Below are positions 58,700-64,000 of a stretch of 64,000 bases of DNA, in pieces; position 1 is the first letter of the stretch, and each line of letters opens with the position of its first letter. Made by a program: the position numbers and the translations under genes. The notes beneath the pieces are model-generated. The model did not search any database, had not been told where the DNA came from, and worked only from the letters and a program-made list of their open reading frames with translations. Origin of the DNA: Marsupella aquatica (Eukaryota; Plantae; Marchantiophyta); contig OZ316893.1 of assembly GCA_973895155.1 (NCBI GenBank), positions 22,355,844 to 22,419,843 on the forward strand, read 5' to 3'.

Positions 58700-59770
58700 G
58701 ACCTGCAATTTTGTTAAGTGTCAGAGGCAGTTTCAGTTACTGTACCCCGCTCGATTTTATTAGACATGTTTTAAGATTCCAAAACTCATCAAGTCTTTTT
58801 TAGTAGACAGCTTATACATAGGAAAACACATTGGCAAAGTCTCAATCACTTTGGATTGTAGTTAGAAAGTTAGAAATACTTTAGTTTGCTGAGTTTAGGG
58901 TTATCGTTAAGTTTCCGTGACTACGACTTTACGATCTTACGATCTTATGATCTTACGAACCTACGCTTTTACGAATTACGATCTTATGATACTACGGTAA
59001 ACTTAACTTAGTTAGTTTTAGACCTTTTCATACTTGGTTTTCATTTTTACTTTTTGAAGGGTCATGACTCTTCAACCCCCAAGGGTTTTTCCTCGATGTT
59101 TTTCACTATAAGTATCTTCCACTACTAATAAATAGAAGTAAGTAAGTCAGACATGACTTGTCGCCCCTTGGTGTTGTCCTTGTGATTTTGGACTTTTTGA
59201 AGTTCAGAGCAGGCAATCCTAGGAGGGACTTACCTCCTTCTTGTATTTTGGAACCCAAATACTTGAAGTAAAACCTCAGTTATGAATCTCCTGAATTATA
59301 ATGTCAGATTCCGCTTTGGTGACACATTGTAATCTCACAAGTTCTTAGAGTTAACCCATTGAGTTTAAGTTGCATTGGAAATGATGTTTTCACCTTCATG
59401 TTACTTAGTACCATCTAAATGCTGAAGTATTTATCCTTTTAGATCTTGACTAAGTATCACTTAGGAAGAAAGGTCAAGACATGTTGCCGGCATTTTAAAA
59501 GGATACTCTAGTATGCAGTTTAGATCTGAAAAGCTGTGTGGATTTGAATTCCCTTAAAGTCATTCCATTATTGCTTATGTCTAAGGAGTAACCTTGGTAT
59601 ATTCCAAACTCCCTTAAGCATACTCTAAGAGATTTTTCCTTGTGTTTTGTTAATTGCAACCTTTTGCTTAATTGATGGTTATATGATGTTGAGTTATCAT
59701 CAAAAACTGCTCACCGCTGTGGAGCGATCTTCAAAGTACCTAATTAAAGTAGTCAAGATTGATTACTATG
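58700..59770 (+). other. LTR-like non-coding region, cut by the second gypsy element
   Basis: 8-bp TACGATCT-type repeats at 58922-58995, TATAA/ATAAATA at ~59107-59133, T-rich downstream sequence; termini not established. Confidence 0.4.
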
Positions 59771-60277
59771 TGTGACACAACAGCTTAAAGCTTTATTTTT
59801 AGTTTATTACATCAAACCAACCCAATCTTGTTCTCAACGGGAACGAATACCGAGTTTAGAGACGTAAAAGAGTTCTTTTGGTTCTCTATAGCAAACTACA
59901 GTTGGCTCCCCTTTTATACCTTGAGGGCTTGTCGATCCCCCGACATCCCCTCGACGCCCATAGGCTGAACCGCTCACGCTTGTGGTGTGCCGGCCACTCC
60001 GCCGGTCTGAGTCAGCGCGTGTTAGTGGCCGCTTCCTTAAGTTCGTCATACGGACCCGAGGGAGGGGCCCCTCCACGCTCGTAACCCGGGTGTGCGAATA
60101 GCGACCAGCCGCCAGCCCAAACCTGAATTCCCCCTTATTGCCTAATGATATCCTACCCATAATGATTGCCTAAATACTGTCGTTATGCTAATAATAGCAG
60201 CCTAAGACACTCCTAACGCGCGTGCCGAGCGCAGTTAGACCGAATCACTCATTAACCGCCTTACCGGCGGCGTCACA
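59771..60277 (-). repeat. 3' LTR, 507 bp
   Basis: TGTGAC...GTCACA perfect 6-bp inverted termini; TATAAAA at ~59918-59912; two AATAAA near the end. Confidence 0.8.
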
Positions 60278-63200
60278 TAGCTCCCTGCTTAATTGTGAAG
60301 CGTCCTTGTGAACATCACTCTCGACGTCGTCATCTTGATGGTGGTACTTTTTTACACGATCGTAGCTGATTCGCGTGGGGAGTAAATCGCCGGCATACGT
60401 CGCAAGCTCCAAAGATCCGTTACGGTAGATCTGATTGACAAGGAAGGGCCCTAACCACCGGGTATGAAGCTTCCCTGGAAACTGCATGTACCTACTATCG
60501 TACAAAAGGACTAGATCGCCTGCCACGACGTCAACCCTCCGTAGTCCTTTGTCGTGCTACTTCTTTGAAGTTGCCTGTTTCTTCACAGCGTGTCGAGCTG
60601 CTAGTAGCCGTGCTTCTTCCAAGGCTTCAATCTGATAAGCTCGGTCTGATGAACTTTCAGATTCAGGTAAGCGATCCCGAATGCTGACTCGTGGAGTGTG
60701 TACTTCAAACTCGACGGGCACCAACGAATGTTGGCCGAACACGAGAAAGTACGGGCTGTGACTCGTAGTAGTTTTGTAAGCGAGATTATATGAGTACACC
60801 GCTGCGTACAACTTATCATCCCAATCCGTTTTGTGCGCAGCTACAGTTTTGTTGAGGATCTTCCCAATGATACCATTTGCTCTCTCCGCCATCCCGTTGG
60901 CTTTAGGATGATACGGGGTAGTCTTGCGGTGCTTGACTAGGTAATGCTCCGTAAGCTGGGCTACGGTGTCATTGAGGAAGTGGGTTCCACGGTCGCTTAC
61001 CAATTCTAAGGGTGGGCTGAATCGGGTGAAAATCTGTTCGTATAAGAATCTGGCACTGGTTGCGGCATCGTCCTTTACCGTAGCCCGCGCTTCGACCCAT
61101 TTGGTGGAGTAATCAATAGCTAATAGGATGTACCTGCATCTTTGCCTTCGGGTAACGGGAGTAAACGGCCCGATATAATCAATTCCCCATTTTTTGAATG
61201 GTGCCAATGGAAGCACAGATGTGAGTGGGTGATGATGAGCCCGCCTTGGGGCCCCAGCTCGCTGACACAAGTCACAGCCCTTAATGAAGCGCTGTACATC
61301 CCGATGCAACGTAGGCCACCAATACCCCGAGTCCAGAATCTTTCGGGCTGTCGTGACCGTCGCAAAATGGCCTCCAGCTTCTTCTTCATGCAGGGCCCGC
61401 ATCACGATAAGCGTCTCCTTATACTCTAAGTAGCGTCGTAACTTTCCATTAATACCTTCCTTATGTAGGTGACCCTGTATCATGACGTAAGGCCCGGCTT
61501 TCCGTAAAAACACAGCGGCGGCCTCCTGATTGGTGCCGTCAGGGATGCGGCCTATTAAAAGGAAGGTGATTATCGAGCCGTATCACGTTGGTGTCCCCTC
61601 CCCTATGTGGAACAACTCCTCATCCGGAAAAATATCATCAATTGGCTGATCGACTGGTACGTCGTCCAGCCGTGAAAAGAAGTCGGCATTGAGGTGTGCC
61701 TTTCCTGGCCGAACCCGAACTTCGTAGTTAAATTCTTGGAGAAGTAGCACCCAACGGGCTATCCATCCCGTTACGTCTGCTTTGTTGACCATGTACTTCA
61801 GGCTGTCGTGATCCGTGTGGAAGATGACCTTGTAGCCGAGCAGATAGTGCCGGAACTTCTTACATGAGTAGATTATGCCCAGTGCCTCTCGATCCGTGGG
61901 GGAATAATTTTTTTTGGCTGTGAATAATTGACGGCTAGCGAAGTAGATGGGGTGATCGCGTTCGTCTGTATCAAGCTGACTAAGCACAGACCCGATACAG
62001 AACCCTGACACGTCAACATACACATGGAACTCCTTGTTCCAGTCTGGAGTGACCATGATAGGTGCGGTGGTGAGTCTTTTACGGAGTTCTTCGAAAGCAA
62101 CCCATCTCCTTGGGGTCTCCTCGATCACCGCATCCTTTTTCATCATCTCTGTTAGGGGCAAAGCTATTTTAGCAAAAATTTTAATGAACCGACGGTAATA
62201 CCCTACGCAGCCCAAGAAGGATCGTACTGCTTTTTGATCCACGGGGAACACCACTGCCATCCAGGCCGCAACTTTCTCTTGGTCCACCTCAATGCCCCGT
62301 TTGGACACACGATGCCCGAGTAACACCCCCTCCTCTACCCCGAAGAAGCATTTGGCGGGATGTAGTTTGAGGTTAACATCTCGGCATCATTGCAACATTC
62401 GTCTTAGGTGTTCGAGGTGCATGGCAACGGTTCCGAAGATGGCAAAGTCATCGATAAATATCTCCAGAAATTCCCGTAGGAAATCGTGGAAGATATTCAT
62501 CATCAGGCGCTGAAACATGGCCGGGGTGTTACACAAACCGAAAGGCATCCTCCGAAATGCGAAAGTCCCCCACTCCGTAGTGAAAGTTGTTTTGAGCTGA
62601 TCCGCGAGGCGAATCCAGATTTGGTTATAACCTGAATACCCGTCAAGAAATGTATAGATTTCATTTCGGGCTACCATATCTAGAACCATATCCGTGAATG
62701 GTAATGGGTAATGGTCTTTTCGGGTTGCGTCGTTCAGCTTACGGTAGTCCTGACAAATACGAATCTTAGGTTTCCCATCCGTACCTCCCTTCTTTGGTAC
62801 AATGACAATGGGAGAGACCCAATCGCTGGCCATTACCGGGTAGATGATATCGGCGGCGAGGAGACGATCAATTTCCTCCTTCACTAAGATGGAGTACCTC
62901 GGGTTCATGCGACGTTGTCGCTGCCGTACCGCATGGGCTCCTAGGTTCAGATCGATCGTGTGTTCTCCCAACTCGGGGGAGACGCTTGTTAAATCATGAT
63001 GACTCCATGCAAACACATCTTCATATTCCTTGAGCAAAGCTTGGATGGATTTTTCAGCCTCCCCTGTCAGAGCGTGGCCCAGGTTAAAAGATTTGTCCAT
63101 CCCAATGGTGTACTTCCGGTAGTGCTCCTTCCTGATGACTTCAACCTGGTTTCGCAGGCTCGGGTCCAGGCTCGCATCAAGCTCAACTAGCCAAACTCCT

Positions 63201-63480
63201 CCGTACATGGGTGGAACCGGGATTGGTCTCGGGACTGGAGTTACTTCCTCCAATTGCGGAATGGACAGATCCCATGAGACTCGTTTCTTATGTCTCGGTC
63301 TCGAGTTTTTGGCCTCGGGCGGTTGTTGGGCTGGTTCGTGGTCACGAGGCTCTGCAACGGTAGAAGCAGCCTCGGCTCCCTGCTTAGCTGGAGCCGCGTC
63401 CTCTGTCTCGATGAGTTGTTCGTGCGTTTCCTCATCCCCGGCAGTAGATGTGCTTGGGGTGGACTCAATGGCAGCCCTCG
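60245..63480 (-). pseudogene. pol: pol: RT, RNase H, integrase
   Basis: DYRKLN, LDGYSGY, FIDDF, DVSG, TDH, WGIDY, SDRG, GPF. Stops at 62387, 61583 and 60557. Confidence 0.95.
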
Positions 63481-64000
63481 GGTAATTTATCTTTCGTGAA
63501 CACACTCTCAAAGAAGTCCATTACACTGGACTCAACAAAAATATGCCTAGAAGTCTTAGACTTGAACTGTCCAACATCTCGTTGAACACCAGTAGAAGCG
63601 ACCGAATCCCGAGAGGAAAATCCATGATCCGAAGATTTCTTTTTCTTTTTCTTTGTGCTGGTGGCATCTGCAGGTCGCACCATCTTCTCCGTGTTGGGAG
63701 GAGTCTGTTCATCAGAGACATCTTGTTCCCCCGTATCAGCTTCAGAGACTCCAGGAGTGACAGTCGTCTTTGCATCTTGTGTTTCTTCTCCATCTGATTT
63801 CCGTCCACCTAGAAAAAGATATAAAAATTTCCAAGATTAAGGTCCACATAACACCAGCGCCGGGCGCTAACCAAATTTCCCTACCGGGTGCTAACCAAAT
63901 AGGCAACTTGATCTGCAGCGCTCGTAAAAAAATACAGAATGCCAAGGGAAAATAACACCAGCGCCGGGCGCTAACCAAACTTCACAAAAATCAAGCAATA
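63480..64000 (-). other. Non-gypsy exon-like segment with an upstream intron carrying palindromic repeats
   Basis: Acceptor-like TATCTTTTTCTAG at ~63821-63809, followed by an open E/T/K-rich frame; CACCAGCGCCGGGCGCTAACCAAA at ~63853 and 63956, partial copy at ~63885. Confidence 0.45.

Larger units (their letters stand above)
59771..63480 (-). mobile_element. Second Ty3/gypsy element, related lineage, 5' part missing or interrupted
   Basis: RT-RH-IN collinear with the first element; PPT AATTAAGCAGGGAGCTA at 60294-60278, then the LTR; gypsy-like linker ends near 63480. Confidence 0.9.

Noticed and set aside
59829-59836. Alternative LTR end at TGTTCTC
   Set aside because: 59771 gives a perfect 6-bp inverted terminus and includes the polyA signals.

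Overview
Eukaryotic, plant-like heterochromatic DNA made almost entirely of nested transposable elements; a non-seed plant is plausible but cannot be proven here. I see no host housekeeping gene, rRNA, tRNA or CRISPR array. Removing each insertion at its target-site duplication (TSD) restores reading frames and gives a three-level nest. (A) The outer CACTA element (left end outside the window, right TIR ending 56647) has a TnpD transposase, a divergent TnpA-like gene, and a SET-domain gene that becomes visible only after a 3-kb solo LTR is excised. (B) Inside A's TnpA lies a 35.4-kb element (18983-54352, about 13 kb net) with a 20-bp CACTATATTC... TIR and a 2-bp TSD. It encodes a non-CACTA DDD-type transposase and a spliced ParB-like / amino-methyltransferase-like / FCP1-HAD fusion. 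(C) Inside B's transposase lies a 19.7-kb EnSpm-type element with CACAA ends (20165-39894), a transposase with BAH/Tudor-like tail, and a SAM-domain gene. Also present: a full Ty3/gypsy element (9518-17170) whose LTR is coding and whose longer sibling LTR (1-1810) carries a PMD-like ORF, two solo LTRs, a MITE, a second truncated gypsy element, and an intact orphan 589-aa ORF. Most genes carry stops explicable by C-to-T changes. Domain calls are from motif recognition by eye, not database searches.
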